Part shown: piece by piece, positions 13,240 to 27,450 of the stretch | Layout of the letters: each line of letters begins with the position of its first letter | Numbering within the stretch: the first letter of the stretch is position 1 | From: Isurus oxyrinchus | Taxonomy: Eukaryota | Direction of reading: 5' to 3' | Assembly: GCA_026770705.1 (NCBI GenBank) | Contig: JANJGN010000041.1 | Location: 4,712,001 to 4,776,000, forward strand | Length of the DNA stretch: 64,000 nt | The notes under the pieces: model-generated | The model's input: only the letters and a program-made list of their open reading frames with translations | Database searches by the model: none | Told to the model about the DNA's origin: nothing | Translations under genes and position numbers: made by a program

Positions 13240-15030
13240 ATTAAGTCAATATTCTTGAATTCTATTGGAGCATAAGGCATCAAGAAAGTTATAGAGTATC
13301 CCATCACACTCCTGATTTGTGCATTTTAGATGGAAGAAAGATTGTAGAGAGTGCCTTGCTCACCACAGCATTCTCAGATTCTGACCTGTCCGTTTAGTCA
13401 CAACTTCTTCTCAATGTTTTGTCCAAATACATTGAATATGGGCGCTTAAGCGATGGTAACGTGATTAAAACGCAAGTGTATATTGTTGGATGATCTTTTG
13501 GTGCAGGTGTTCATTGGCTGTCAATTTTCTGCGCCGGATATTACCTGTCATTTTTTACAGCACAAGTCTCGCTGTTACACAGTTCTTGATGTAAATGGGC
13601 ATGGATTTCAACAGCATCAATTTTGTCGCAAATTGAACATTGAACAATCATCAGTGGACACAATCCCCTCCCAATACCCCACCCCCTCCCCACTACACCA
13701 AATATTCTTCTGTGTTTAAACTGCAGAAAAGTTCATTGATGCAGCAGCTTAATATGGCTGTGCTCAGGACACTGCCCTCAGGCTCTCGTCTAGTGATGTC
13801 ATGGGGCTGACATAAATCAACTGGAAAACAAAAGAAAAATGTAAAGAAAAAATATTTTCGCTTGGTATGACTTCAAGCAGTGGAGAACCGGCTCTTTAAT
13901 CTTATTGACTATAATTCTTATAGCCCTCGTTGATACGCTAGTGTAATGACTGTTCTCCTGATATAAAACACAGCCCCTCTCTCCTCACCACATGAGTACA
14001 GCACTTTTGAACATGTTTAGACCAAGGCAGAACGGAGATTTGGAGCACGCACAAAGCAAGAATTGAGTTTCATTGAGCAGTTTACCGCTGAGCATGTGGT
14101 GATAAGAAACATTGCCCATGATACTTTTTAACACTTTGGTTATGATGAAATGTGGGCCGATGGGGCTGTAATTAGAATGCTAGGATTTGTCGTGGTTTTT
14201 TTGTGGATAGGTATACCAGTGAAAATGCTCACACTTTAGCTTCGATGCCAGTGTTTTAGATGCACCATACCAGCTTCGATAGGAAGGCTTATTCAGGAGC
14301 ACTGATTTCCCATCCTCTTGGCTTTATCTAAAAGCACCCATAGCCTTTGCATCATACAGATCCTTCTGTCATTCCATAAATTCATGTGCTGAGAATCACA
14401 TTGTATGAAGACTGGAAATTGTGATGCTTGTCACCCCTAGGAGGAGGCCGGGATGGTTCATCCACCCGTCAATTCAGGGTGAATGCGGCTGCAAATTCTT
14501 CAGCCATGTATATGCTGCGGTGCACTGTGCTACAGATTCATTGCCGATGGGGACATTGTTGGAGAGCCATTGAGTTGCAAAATGTTCCACCACCATTAAA
14601 GTCGACTGTGACAGGACTTCAGATCTGAGCTATCGTTATTTGTTAGGGGGATCAATGAGTCCAGTATTTCTCATACTGAACATGCTGTTTTGCTTGCAAC
14701 TCGGCCTGTCTTACAATTCACCAGGTTAAGCTGTTTTGTTAGGTAGGATCGCTGCTGCCTTGGACATACGAAAGATGTTGGCTGGGTTCTTTGGTTTGTG
14801 CACATGACCCCGCAGGCCTGGAAGGACAAGAGCAGAAGAGGCATGGGAACGCTGTTAATTATACATCCTTTCCAAGTCACACACCAAGCTGACTTAGCGA
14901 TTTATCACGGTTCCTTGACTGTCACTGGATGAAAAATCTGGAAATCCATCGCTTGTAGCAAAGTGTCTGCACCCGCTTCACATGGACTGCGACGCTAGAA
15001 AAAAAAAAACATTTTCAAGAAGAATTAATG
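13240..15030. mobile_element. Cluster of HER1-like LINE fragments in both orientations (GPCR intron)
   Basis: Segments resemble parts of the LINE at 50590-52625. For example, 14830-15000 resembles 52370-52550 on +, and 13240-13900 resembles it in reverse. Boundaries approximate. Confidence 0.5.
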
Positions 15031-18000
15031 AAAACGGAAATCAAATCTTGTCAATATATTCAAAGAAAAGAAAGCGTTGCAAGATGACCCAGTGATGAAT
15101 ACTGATATCATTTTTGAATTGAAATTACGGCCCTGGCTGCTTCTTTTCTTCCAATTCAACAAAAATGAACTAAAAAATGCATGTTTAATTGTAAATTATT
15201 TTACGATAACACTGGCCCCTAGCTGAGAATGTATATTTCAAATGAACTCCTGAATATCCAAATCTTTAAAAAAATGATTGGCTCCAATTATCGTCCGCAA
15301 GTTGGAGCCACCCCCCACCCCAACCACCGCACCCCCAAAACCCCAAATCCCCACCACCCACCCACCTCAAATATGCAGAATTTTCACAAAGATCAATAAC
15401 GTCCGTTGCTTATAATGACATTCCGTACATAAATCTCCCCAGTTGCAGACGGAGAACGAGCGGGCCCACCTTTTACCAGTTACTAATTAGCAAGTTATTA
15501 AGATTGTGAACGAGACAATTGTATGTTTTCTTGATTCTTGCTCTGCACTTGTCATGGCCCAGACGAGAGAGAAAAGAATGTTTCTGGGCAGCTACCATCA
15601 GGCGAGAATCGCGCAGAAGAGTGGTTCTGCCTCCGGGACCATGATTAAATGTAGCAACAGATTGTGCTGGGGAAGATGGCAGCGAGGTCATGTTTACTTT
15701 TCAGATTTTTGATTCTTGCCTGAGCTTTCAACAAAAAAACATTTTTTGGAAAAACAGTTTCTGTGAGCAGGTGGTCTTGAGCTTGCAGCCAGACTGACTT
15801 TCTGTTCGCAGCATTACACTCTGCCACATGATGTTCAGGTTTTCACTGCAGATGGGACGGGGAGCCCATTTTGCATCACTCATTGCTTCCTCTCCGTTGG
15901 AATTTAATGAATTGTGGAGCGGGAGGTGGTCTAAGTGAGGGTCAGTATAAAATGTTTTAATTTTACATTTCTCCAATCTCATGCTGCCGAGAACCGTAAA
16001 ATCCAGACCACGGTCTACTTATTGTACTGTTTCTTGATGCTCATATATGACGATTAACGTTCTGAGCCTGCACCGCAGGATTTGTCTCGCATATCTAGTT
16101 TAATTTCTGCTATCGAACCTGCAGCAACGCGTCATAACCACAAACACTATTCAGTGGATCACACTCGCTGGTGCATTCGCCACAACATTCACAAGTTGAC
16201 TGAAATAAATTAGTTCTTAGGTTTCTGTCTTGAATGAAACATATGGCACAGAAAATTGTTAATTTGTACTTACACTGTGAATAGAACATTGTTGTTAAAG
16301 TGATATGGATCCGGGACCCGGGAGGAAATTCCATCGCTCTGTAGTTCTTCAGACTCGGGTGTTTGCAGTAACGACACCAAGAAGCACATAAACCAAACAG
16401 CAAATTAATAACAGGTCAGGAGCAGACTGCATTTGCAGATTGCAAGGGGTCATTCTGTGGCATATATATTTTTTCATTTCTCTAATTTATTTAGCAATGA
16501 ATAACGCTGATAATATATTCGATGACTGTATACTTAATTTGCCAGGTAATCAATGGATAATGGTTTCGATAGATCACTATTTCATTCGGTAGATAATTGG
16601 ATGGCTCAATCCAGGGCATTTCAAAGTTTAATTCGGAAGCAAATACTGGAAATATACTGATAATTTATTGGACAACAGTTTTGATCTTTAATTTGTTCAA
16701 AGATTGACTGATTGACTGTTTCATTATATAACCGTTTAAATTACGGTATTTTATAAACTGCCCCTTATTCACAGTGTCAACCAGTACAGTTTCAAGTGAT
16801 GATAATTTGGCTAACAGTCTTTGGATAAATCACAATACTGCACGGATAATTATGTCACTCAGTTTAACAGCATGTCATTGTAGGAATATTATTATTTGGT
16901 TTGCTCAAACAATAACAGGTATCGGGTAAATGAAGGTTATTTTGCATTTTTGACATATGTTTTAAACTGGAAATGTGTCAAAATAGCTTTGAATTCTAAA
17001 ACTTCCATTCTTTCCAGTGCAGCCTACAATGTCAACAGAAACTCAAACTTTAATTTGTATCCATTGCCTGTCATTTTCAAAGCTGCTTGTGATTACCTTT
17101 GACAGCTCCATTAAGTCAATTAATGTTGATGTTTGCATGCGAGTTAGAAAATTGTGCATCGGAGGCTGCCAACTGGACTGCGCTTGTAACAGAAATAGCC
17201 ATTTTTGTGTGTGTATCGTTAAAGCTTACCAAATTGCAAACTGATTTAAAAATGTAAAAAGCTGTTTATATTTATCCGATTAATTCGCCTTACTTCATTC
17301 AAAGTTCATCTAAATCATTAACAAACATTGACTGAATTAATATCATTCAAAATGTTAATTCACCACCCCTTTTACAGACGTTCAATGCATTGTTGTTTCC
17401 CTGAGTTCAAGTTTGCGAAAACTCTACGTTCAGTCTGCACCATGTTGCAGAGCCTTGAATACACCTGGTAAACGAATTAACTCTCTATCTACTTATACAA
17501 TTATTGTGGGAATGTTTTCCATTATCTAATGTGTGCCTCCCGAATCTAATCGGAGATTTCAATCAGAAAGCTATTCTGCACCTTTACCAGATCCATGACA
17601 TCTTATCCTAGACCATCGCCAACAGAACTATATAGAAAATGTCGACAGCGATCCGATGACATACTTTCGAAGATAATTCAGGCTAGATCATTTAACTTGT
17701 TTCGAAATGCAGACAATAATTTAATAAACGTGCGTATCAAGTTATCACATATCTGGCAGCTACAAATTAGTTCACTGAGATTCACTAAGAAAATGTATTC
17801 TTCAGAATTCAAATGGAACTTCACTTATTAAGCAACAGAAATCATGGTGCAACAGTGATTATCTGAAGCTCACGTCAATTTTCCTTGACTTATATACATC
17901 ATTTAGTTTAATCAGTATAAATGTTTTGAATTGATCTTCAGCATTCTAATGCAGCATTGAATAACTTTGCTAATTCACTAAAAATGTTCCTGCATTTTGA

Positions 18001-19091
18001 AGAAAAAAGAAATATGCATTTTATAGCCGATCAATATTGGAAACTCTGCCCTGTCTACTTGAAAGCAAAAAGCCAGTTATGACCTCACCAGAATCAAATC
18101 TTCGAATTGCTCATTAATATTGCTTTGCAAGCAATGTGCCCTTATGGCCAAAAAATCATGCCAACTCCATCTGATAACAATGTCACCGTTCCCATTCTGG
18201 CATTAAAGTGCCCTCTTGATCACGATAGGCTGCACCCATTCTGCATAGCAACTTTGCTTCGTTCTTTCTGCAATGAATTAGCGATGCATTCACCTGAAAT
18301 TCTCCTCAGCATTGCCCAGCCAGCATATCAATCACACACATGATTGAGCAGCTCTCTGGAATAAATCTTCTCACTGGGAACCTGCCTAATACTGTCACTC
18401 TGTACTGATTTTCATTGTACAGCCACTATGACAACTCCTGTGTCAACTTACATCAGGCCTTTCCGAATGCTGGTCTTTTATTGAGCTCAGTGACTATTCT
18501 TTGGCCCTGTGTGTTTACCTTTCCATCTTTACCCACACAAGCGTTCAGATTATGTTCGTGTCCCTGGGCAATATTTTACCCTTAAGCTCTATGTCCTGTT
18601 GCACAGTCGTCCTTCCCACTACTTATCACAACTATAGGTCACCAGCACGCATTGCACCAGTACCTCTTCCAGAGTATAATTTCACATGGCCGAAATTCTA
18701 TTTTGTGCATTTATTTCCCACCTCACATCGTAACAACACACATGGATTGGCTCTTTATACCTTTCATTTACCTTTTAATATTCAACATACCCAGCCGTTT
18801 GTATGCTTTCAAATTGTCCAATTCAAATTTGCTTTCAGCAAACTCAATCATAATTGCAAAATAGTTGTCCAGTTTACTTTGACATTCGTTTCAAAAGCAG
18901 AATTAAAAACTGACGTTTCTCTTCCCTATCCATTTTCACTGGGTCCCGTTTACATTTAGAACATGGTCACGTCAAAAAGCAGGTTGTGCATATTTGGGAC
19001 AAAAATGACGATCCTTTGCTGCAACAGGAAGAAGATTAATTATATTCATCTGTGTCGTCAACCTCATGCTCTCTCTATCTCTCTCTTACAG

Positions 19092-19996
19092 TTAATGTTG
19101 TTGCCATTGTGATTCTTTCAGGAGGAATGTGTGGCCTCTCCAAATGTATTACCCATTATATGATCGCCATGGCTACGGCAGATCTCCTGGTTGTTTGTGC
19201 TCAAGTCATGTTGAACAATAAGCTGTATATGTATTTACCTGCTTCATTCTTGACCATGAGCACGGTCTGCCCTCTAACTGTGACATTGACTTATGCAGTC
19301 ATATCAGCTTCTGTCTGGTTAACAGTGGGGTTCACCTTCGATCGTTTTGTGGCCATATGTTGTAAGAAGCTGCGAAAAAAATATTGCACGGAGACAACAG
19401 CAGTAACTGTCATATCAGTGGTGAGTGTGTTGAGTTGTTTGATGAACATTCCCTGGTACTTTGCGTATGAACCTGCATATACAATGGACAATGTAATTCG
19501 TGGTTGTGTCCTAAAACTGACATTTTTCATTTCTGATGAATGGGCCGCATTTGACTTGCTTAACCTTGCCTTGACCCCATGTGTTCCTTTTATTCTAATT
19601 TTGTTGCTAAATTTTTGGACGGCAAGATGTATTTTGGCAGCCAGTAAAGTTCGCAGGGGTCTCCGCGGTTGCAACAATGGAGAACATCACAAGGATACTG
19701 AAATAGAAAACCGAAGAAAGTCCATTGTTTTACTCTTCAGTATAACCGGTAGCTTTATATTGCTCTGGACAGCTCCAATTATATATATTATTTCTCTGCA
19801 TGTAACAATCACATCGATTTCTGGGACAAACGAGATTGAGACAGTTAGTTTCATGCTTGGATTCCTCAGTTGCTGCACAAATACATTCATTTATGTGCTG
19901 ACACAGGCTAAGTTTAGGGAGGAGCTGAAGAGAGGAATACAGTATCTTGTGAAACTGTGCGTTAAAATAGGCAAATTACAGCTGAAAACCCATTGA
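19092..19996 (+). CDS. GPR139/GPR142-like class A GPCR, coding exon 2 (TM1b-TM7 and C-tail)
   Basis: Polypyrimidine acceptor CTCTCTCTATCTCTCTCTTACAG|TT and an open frame to TGA. Motifs: MAxADL (TM2), TM3 Cys, FTFDRF (DRY equivalent), ENRRKSIVLLF (ICL3/TM6), FILLW, NTFIY (NPxxY equivalent), KFREEL (helix 8). The spliced product is 324 aa. Confidence 0.93.
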
Positions 19997-20184
19997 CCTT
20001 TAAAGGAGGACATAACAATTTTGTGCTGAATGAGCTCATCTTAGCAATAGGCTTGTAACAAAGTTTAACACTCTGGATAAAATAATATCCTACTAAAGAT
20101 GCATGTTTTGTCATATAATGTCGAATTAAACTACTTTTCACACTAAACTGTAATCAATGGTGAAATGTAAGCTGTGATAATAAT

Positions 20185-20202
20185 AATAAATAAATAATAA
20201 AA
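20185..20202 (+). promoter_or_regulatory. Probable polyadenylation signals of the GPCR
   Basis: Clustered AATAAA hexamers about 190 bp after the stop codon. Confidence 0.5.
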
Positions 20203-23200
20203 ATATTGAACTGTCCCTGTCAGCGTTGCAGAGTTAGAAAGTTTGAATTGTGATACCAGGTCCTGACAGCCTCGTATTCATTGGAACAGCTGTTCCTATA
20301 AATAAAAGAACTCCCAAAACAGTAGTTGCTGGATCTCTGATAACTCGACATATGTAACAAAGACAAACGTCACCAATTTCCTACAAATCACTTCTGAGCC
20401 AAATAGTACATGGGGGAATTTTCAGAACAAGTTTCATGAAGTCTGACACCCTCCAAATTTCGGACAGTTGTAGAATGAGCTGCTTCCCAGATTTCCATAT
20501 AACTCACATGATTTAAACAAGGAAGGCCTGCTCTTCACGTGTTTTGTGAAAGGATGGGAATTGGCGTAATTGATCAATCATTCCCATGGTACATCGGGCT
20601 GAGCGACGGCTCTATATCTTGGATTCAAAACTTTTAAACTCAATTTCCCTACGATTCATTTCAAAGCGCATATAGCTCACTCTTATTTTTTCACGATTTA
20701 TGCGGCTACCTCTTCCGCAAATGCTCATTCACAACACTCTCTGTTTCATGTTATCGGGTGCTTTCACACAGAAAGCTACCAAATGGCTGTTGTCATAATT
20801 CTCGAATGTTTAAATATGTTTAACTTGATATCCACTCATAATTATAGCGAGTGACGCCTCAACCATGTATCAGCACGATTTCCCAGACAAGAAACGGCTG
20901 ATCACACCTGGCCCCAACATAAATTTCCTTCTTGGCTTACCAAACATGATGAATGTGAAAAAAATATAATGTAATTCTTCCTGTGGCATATACTTCTAAT
21001 TTCTTTAACTTCAATGCCATTCATAGAATTGAACCATAGACGGGCAACAGCATAGAAGCAGCTCATTTCGCCATTCTTTTCCTTATTGTCTCTGATAAGT
21101 AAGTTGCAACTGGCAGCCACTGATAGAATAGAGGCACAAAGGTGCAAGTGCTTCGATGTTAGAACATGGCAGACTGACCTGTCCCTCGGGTATGGATAAT
21201 TGTGGCGACCGTGCCTGGCACCATGCTTTGGGGGAGGGTGGGGGGCGGCGGAATGTGTTGTGCGCTGTGGTGACCATTGAAAGCGGGTGACCTTTCATAT
21301 CTGGGTAAGTTTGAAGGCGTCTGTTTAAGTGACACAAATGAGCGGCCCCCTTCGTATTTAGGATTCAATGGCCAGCATGAGCAGGGACACTGGAAATGGG
21401 GGAATATTGCTCGGGTGCGGAGGAAATGCAAAGCTAAAAAGCAGGAAATGAAGAGACCCTGATATGTTCTCCAGAAAACTAGAAGGCTGTGAAAAATGTT
21501 CCGGCAAATCTGTAAAATATTCAATTAATGCACTTCAGCGAATGCAGCACCGAGTCTTTGGAAGAGGGAAAAATCTACACAGGCTGATGAAATAGCAAAT
21601 TCTTCCGATGCGCTTCCCAGTAAAGAATTAATATATGGTCCAGCAAATTGGCGAGATACCCTATTCAACAAGAAGACGATGGACATTCCTTTGGGAAAGG
21701 GGCCTGTGAAAATATTGGGCAGTGCCTATGTCTTCCAAACGATGATGAGAACGAAACTTTTCAGAAGACTTAAACTCACTGGAGATTCCAAACGGAAAAA
21801 TAGTTGAAACAAATTGCCTGGTTACAAAAAAATCTCTGATGCAGATTTATGATTCTACTGCAATTTGTACGGCGCAGAAAACGCACGCAAATTATGCAAG
21901 GAATGCGGCAGTGTCTGGAAACATCACAATGACAGATTGCAATGTGATCGAAATACTTAAGGAGCATTTTCAAAACGCAACAAAATGAATTGAAACAAAG
22001 CGAATGTTCCCAGAATTGAAGGCACTGGATGATAAAAAAAACAGAGAGATAAATAAACAAAGTGAAGAAAGAAAAGGGCAATCCGCGTTCATAGATATTA
22101 TAGCAGTCGTTCAGCTCCAGTAGATCATTACTCAGAGTTTCGTTGAAAACCCGCAAGGATTTATGAACACATCAATGAATCTTTTCCGGGATTAATTGCC
22201 ATTAGAGCAAAATTGGACTCTACCATAAAAGGATATGCCCAATGCATCAAAACATAACACGCTCTTGACGATTTTCTTTGCTCTTCTATTAGAAATGAGA
22301 TAATTTTGATGAAGGCGTTGCAGGTGAAAGAAATAAACGTTATTGTAATGGTGCAGGCTGCAATAAAACTTGTGCTTATTCTATTCAGTACCTCGGGTCT
22401 GAGTGATGAAGATCAGATATTCCTTGTGTTCATTAAGTTGATCTGACTTCTGAAGATGTGAATCGAGTAGAGGATTTATTCATTTTATGCTGACTCAAGA
22501 CAACAGTTGGCCAGGCCTGATTCTCTCAATGATGCGCCAGATAAGCTTGGCCTTCGCATCACTGACTGTAAGATGCAGGGACACCACAAACGGGTAAACA
22601 TTAAGTGTCAGATACGAGGCGTACAGGCCTGCTCCCTTCATCAAAAACCTCGAGGCTTGTTAACTCCATGAGGCTGACTCAACTTATCTCTGGTATTAGA
22701 AGTTATGGCAAAGTGCAGTGCTAAAACCATGACATTGATTCGGAATAGTGCACCGAAATTACATAATTATTACAGTTTAAAATAGATGGCATATATTGAG
22801 AGCGGATGCTTTCTAAATAATGTGAAAGTCGTTGTCAGACTGCTGGTGGAATTTCGAGTGTAGAGTGGGAATGAAATCTGTTACCAAACAGCTGAATTTA
22901 AATGGCATTGATTACACTTGCTGAAGAAGGTGAAAACTCAACCCTTAACATTAAGGCTCAGTCTACGATCAACGACAGAGTCGAAGCTTTCGAATTTTGC
23001 TTTGCAAAGGTTGAGTGGGACGACAGCATATTTGCATAAGCATTGTTCCCCAGACGATTCCATCTTTCGAAATGCAGTTTAAGGCTGCTTTCTCATTACG
23101 GCGAAATAGCGAAAATGAGAAACAGGCTGCATAGCACTCTTAATAATTTGAGATATTATTTGCAAGAGCGGTTCTTTCATGAAACGTTGATGGGCCAATT

Positions 23201-24318
23201 TGTGAGTAGCTGGAAAACGGCAAATGGATCAGATATTGGTGGGAGTTGGTTTTAAGCCACCAAACAATGGTGCTAATTTGTGGCACAGTATATATCAAGA
23301 AATTCTAGCTGAATGTAACATGTTAATACAGGAAAATGAGAAACTTCAGTTTGCAAAATGAACGTGGTTAACCAGATCAATACTAATATCCTGGTAGAGG
23401 AATTTATTGAATGTGTACTAGATTGGTTTCAGAACCAGTATGTTGACGAGCCGACTAGGAATCGAGCAATGCAGATTTTAGTGCTCTGCCAAGTGAAAGA
23501 CTCATGGATTTCTATGCTCCCAAGTAGTATTTTGGAAATAGTCACAATAAAGTGATAGAACTTCGCAATAAGTATGGCAGCAAAATGCCGATTTCTGAAA
23601 CTCTATTCTTCAATCTGGAGAAAGGAAACTATGGATGTAAGACAGGCAAGTTGGCAACGATGGATTGAGAAAGTATAGGAAAATATTTGCCAGTGGACAG
23701 GCAAAGGCGAGTATTTAAGGAAATAATGTCAACATCAGACATGCATTCATCGAACGCTCAAGCACATACACGGAAAGAAATCACAAGCATTGTTACCAAA
23801 TGAAGTTAAATGTTGCAGTACATGAAATTAAATTATGTGTCGAGACACAGGAAGAAAAGTGGTAAATCTGGGGGTTGTGGGAAATTTAGAACACAGCAAA
23901 GAGAGAACTAAGAAAGTTATTTAGAAATGGGAAGATAATAGAATGCAATCCAGCGAGGAACATAAAGAGCAAATCTGTGCAATTTACAAGTAGTTTCTGG
24001 AACGTTTACATGTGAATAGTGAAACAGCTTAGAAACGAAACAGTATTTTTTGCCAGTCGAAGACATAAAGGATATATCCAAGATAAGCTCGGCTACGAAG
24101 GAACTTGTGAAACGGGGCAGCGAAAAGAAATAAATAGTTTTAGTGAAAAGGGTAGTACTTTAAATGTGAACTGAATTGTAGGTTAAATAATGTGCTGGAC
24201 TAGAATTCCTTCATCTCAAGAGTGCTGAAGGAGGAGGCTAAAGGAACAATGAATGTTTTGGTTGTTTTCTTTCGAAAATCTTTAGCTTTTGGAAAGCCTC
24301 CAGCGCATTACAAATTAT

Positions 24319-25309
24319 CAGAAGTACCTGGAGAAACTCAGCATGTCTGGCAGGATCGATGGAGATCGAGTCCTCATGACCCTTCAATAGAGCTAAGTGG
24401 AAATGGAAAAGTGGTGAAACATAAATTGGTTTAAGGGGGGAGGGGAGAAAGCAGTGATGAGAGGAGATAACCAAAAGATGTCACAGACAAAAGAACAAAA
24501 AGGTGTCGAAGGTGCTGATAGTATCTAAAAGAATGTGCTACATAATAGGGAATGTGGGACAAGCAAGGTAGCTCTAGTGGGAGTGGGGTGAAATAAAAGA
24601 TGGGTAGAATACATTTAAAAAATGGAAATAGTTGGGAAAAGAAAAATCTAGATAAATTATTCGAAAAAAAATAAAAGGGAGGGGAAAGAAATGGAAAGGG
24701 GGTGGGGATGGAGGAGGGAGTATAAGATCTAAAGTCGGTGAACTCAATATTCAGTCCGGAAGGCAGCAAAGTACCTAGTCGGAAGATGAGGTATTGTTCA
24801 TCCAGTTTGCGTTGAGCTTCACTGGCACAATGCAGTAAGCCAAGGGCAGACATGTGGGCAAGAGAGCAGGGTGGAGTGTTAATATGGCAAGCGAAAGGGA
24901 AATCTGGGTAATGCTTCCGGACAGACCGAAGGTGTTCTGAAAATCAGGCACCCAATCTGTGTTTGGTCTCTCCAATGTAAAGGAAACTGCGTTGGGACCA
25001 ATGAGTGCAGGAAGTTAATTTGGGGGATTTGCAAGTGAAATGCTGCTTAACTTGAAAGGAGTGTTAGGACCTTTGTACGTTGAGGAGAGACGAAGTGATG
25101 GAAGAGTGGTCTATGGTGTCAGGGAAGGAACGATCACTATGGAATGCCGCAAGGGGGTTTGAAGTGAAGTTTGGTGGTCCTATAATGCTGGAGTTGATGG
25201 AAATGGCCGAGGATGATCCATCAAATGGGAAGGCTGGTGGAATGTTCAAAAAGGACAAGGCAGACCCTATCATGTTTCTGGTAGGCAGGAGAAGGCGTGA
25301 GGGCGAATG
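24319..25309 (-). mobile_element. 5'-truncated Penelope-like element (duplicate of 3039-3888, without the 141-bp deletion)
   Basis: Minus ORF 24431..24853 reads MSALGLLHCASEAQRKLDEQYLIFRLGTLLPSGLNIEF. Confidence 0.85.
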
Positions 25310-27378
25310 CAAATTATTAGATGTTGCATCACGATTTAAGAATGGAATAAGCGTGAAGAGACTGTACTGCAGTCATGTTAGTTTGACATAAGTGGTCTGG
25401 AAAATGACAAAATCTCTTAGTACAGATGCGATAACTTGGTATTTAGTAAATAATGGTAAAATTGCGCAGTTAAAAAGGGTATATGAAAGGGGAATCATAT
25501 TAGACAGATAATTAAACAACTCACTGGATAAGGAAATTCCTCAAATATTCACATTTCCAATGCTGTGAGGGCCCAACGCAGCAGTGGAAAATATAAAGCT
25601 GAACCATTCGCAAAAAAACTTCCTCTACAAGTACCGAGTCAATGACCCATCTTGGCCTCCTCTGTAGGTTCCCAAAATCAGAGATGATAGACTTCAGCCA
25701 AATGTCTTCACTCTCCGTGATATCAGGAAGCCACTGAACCTCTGGATACTGCAAGACGATGAATATTGCTGCAATTGTTTGATTTCCATTTTTATAGAAA
25801 GATGTGAATGCATGGAGGCGCTTCAGAGAAGGCTCACTAGGTTGTCACTTGGAATGAACGGGATGGCTTGTGAGGAAAGGTTAGGAAGATCGGAGTTGCC
25901 TGCACAACATTTTAGAGGAGGAAGGGGTGAAATACTTGAAGTGGATGCGAACCTGAAAACTTTTTTCAAGGCAGTGGGAAATTATTTTTCATATTTTGGG
26001 TGAGACCTGAATTAGGCGACGTTTATTAAAAAAATGCTTTGCTCTTTTAGGATAGAGTTTATGAATTTGTGTGTTTTTATGTTTGTTTCTCCTCGAGGTT
26101 TATCTGACTGTGGAACTCTCTACTTTAGAAGGTGGTGGAGGCTCGATCACTGATATTGTTAAGATGGAGGTCAAAATATTATTGCAAAGAAAAGGAATCA
26201 AACCTTAGCGGGTTGGTTTGGAATATGTAACTCGAAACAACCAGATAATGAATGGACTATATGAATGGTGGAGAAGTCCGATGGTCCAAATAGCCTATGT
26301 CTGCTCATATCTTCTATGTTTGTATGTTCCTAATCGTGACGACATGGACGAATCTAATCACAACAATATAAACTTTCAATTTAAGTTGTTGTGAGAGCGA
26401 ATGAGTTCAGTGAGCACAAAGCGGTGAGGGTGAATTTAGTTTCGTGAGAGTTTATATATAGCCTGCACAGTTTTTGGTGAGTTTTGATCATACAGTTTTG
26501 TAACTGGTTGTTGCCAGGAAAATCATTACAAACATTGAGCCTGGATTTCACGAAAAGGACACGTGAGGCCTTGAGCAACAGATGGTCTGGAGTAAAGGTT
26601 CTGATATAGTGTGGAGGATCGAGTATAAAGCACTGAGTGAGTGTGATGATATGGACCGCATGTTAATCAAAGCCAAATAGATCACAGAGGTTCTGACCTG
26701 TCTGTTTCAGCATCAGATTTTGTCCAGACACTCGTTCAGGAGCAAATATTGATTAGAAATGAGGAGAATTACCGCCATCTTCACAATCTTGAGAAACACC
26801 GACTGTATTGCAATGAATCATTGATTTCTGGCATCGCATCTAGATACAATGGTTTACCAGGAAGTACGCCAAAGCAAAGATGGGAGAGTAAGATAACAAG
26901 ATCTCTATTAAGATAAGAATGGGTTGTTGAAGTAATAACTGATTGCAGAGATTCATAAAAAAAGACAAAACAGGGCAGATTAAACTGCTACAAGAGTGAG
27001 AGCATCAGACATCGTTCTACAATCTTACTAGGGCAAAAACAATAGCCACGATAACGAATACATGTATTAAAGCACTAGTCGGAAATGGATCTGTTTGGCT
27101 TAGTTAACGGCGAATCATATCCAGAAATAACATTCAAAAAATGTAAGATAATACGCTTGTCCCTTGTTTGTACATTCCGTCTCTTGTTCCCATATCGACT
27201 GTATTGTGTAACTATCGAACCAATTGATCTCAGATTCAGATCCAGTTTTGCAACATTCAAATCTATTGTTCCCAGACTCAGATCTGTGCAGGCAAACTAG
27301 GTAAATGTTGGTCGAAAATGGAAATCCAACGGCAAAGTGGAATCTCATTGACTCCCCTAGAATGCAATGGCAGCCATG

Positions 27379-27450
27379 TTTTCCTGAGTATAGTGGTGAG
27401 TATCCCTACCTTCCACACGGGGGACCAGGACTCAATTCACCACTGTGGAG
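27379..27450 (+). pseudogene. tRNA-Asp-derived pseudogene (duplicate of 5954-6025)
   Basis: AGTATAGTGGTGAGTATCCCTACCTTCCACACGGGGGACC; anticodon TCC; B box decayed. Confidence 0.8.

Noticed and set aside
19052-19091. ORF-track N-terminus MSSTSCSLYLSLT of the GPCR
   Set aside because: It starts at GTG and runs through the polypyrimidine tract and acceptor. The real start is at 10603.
19291-19890. Antisense ORFs 19291..19677 and 19687..19890
   Set aside because: Shadows of the GPCR coding strand with no independent features.
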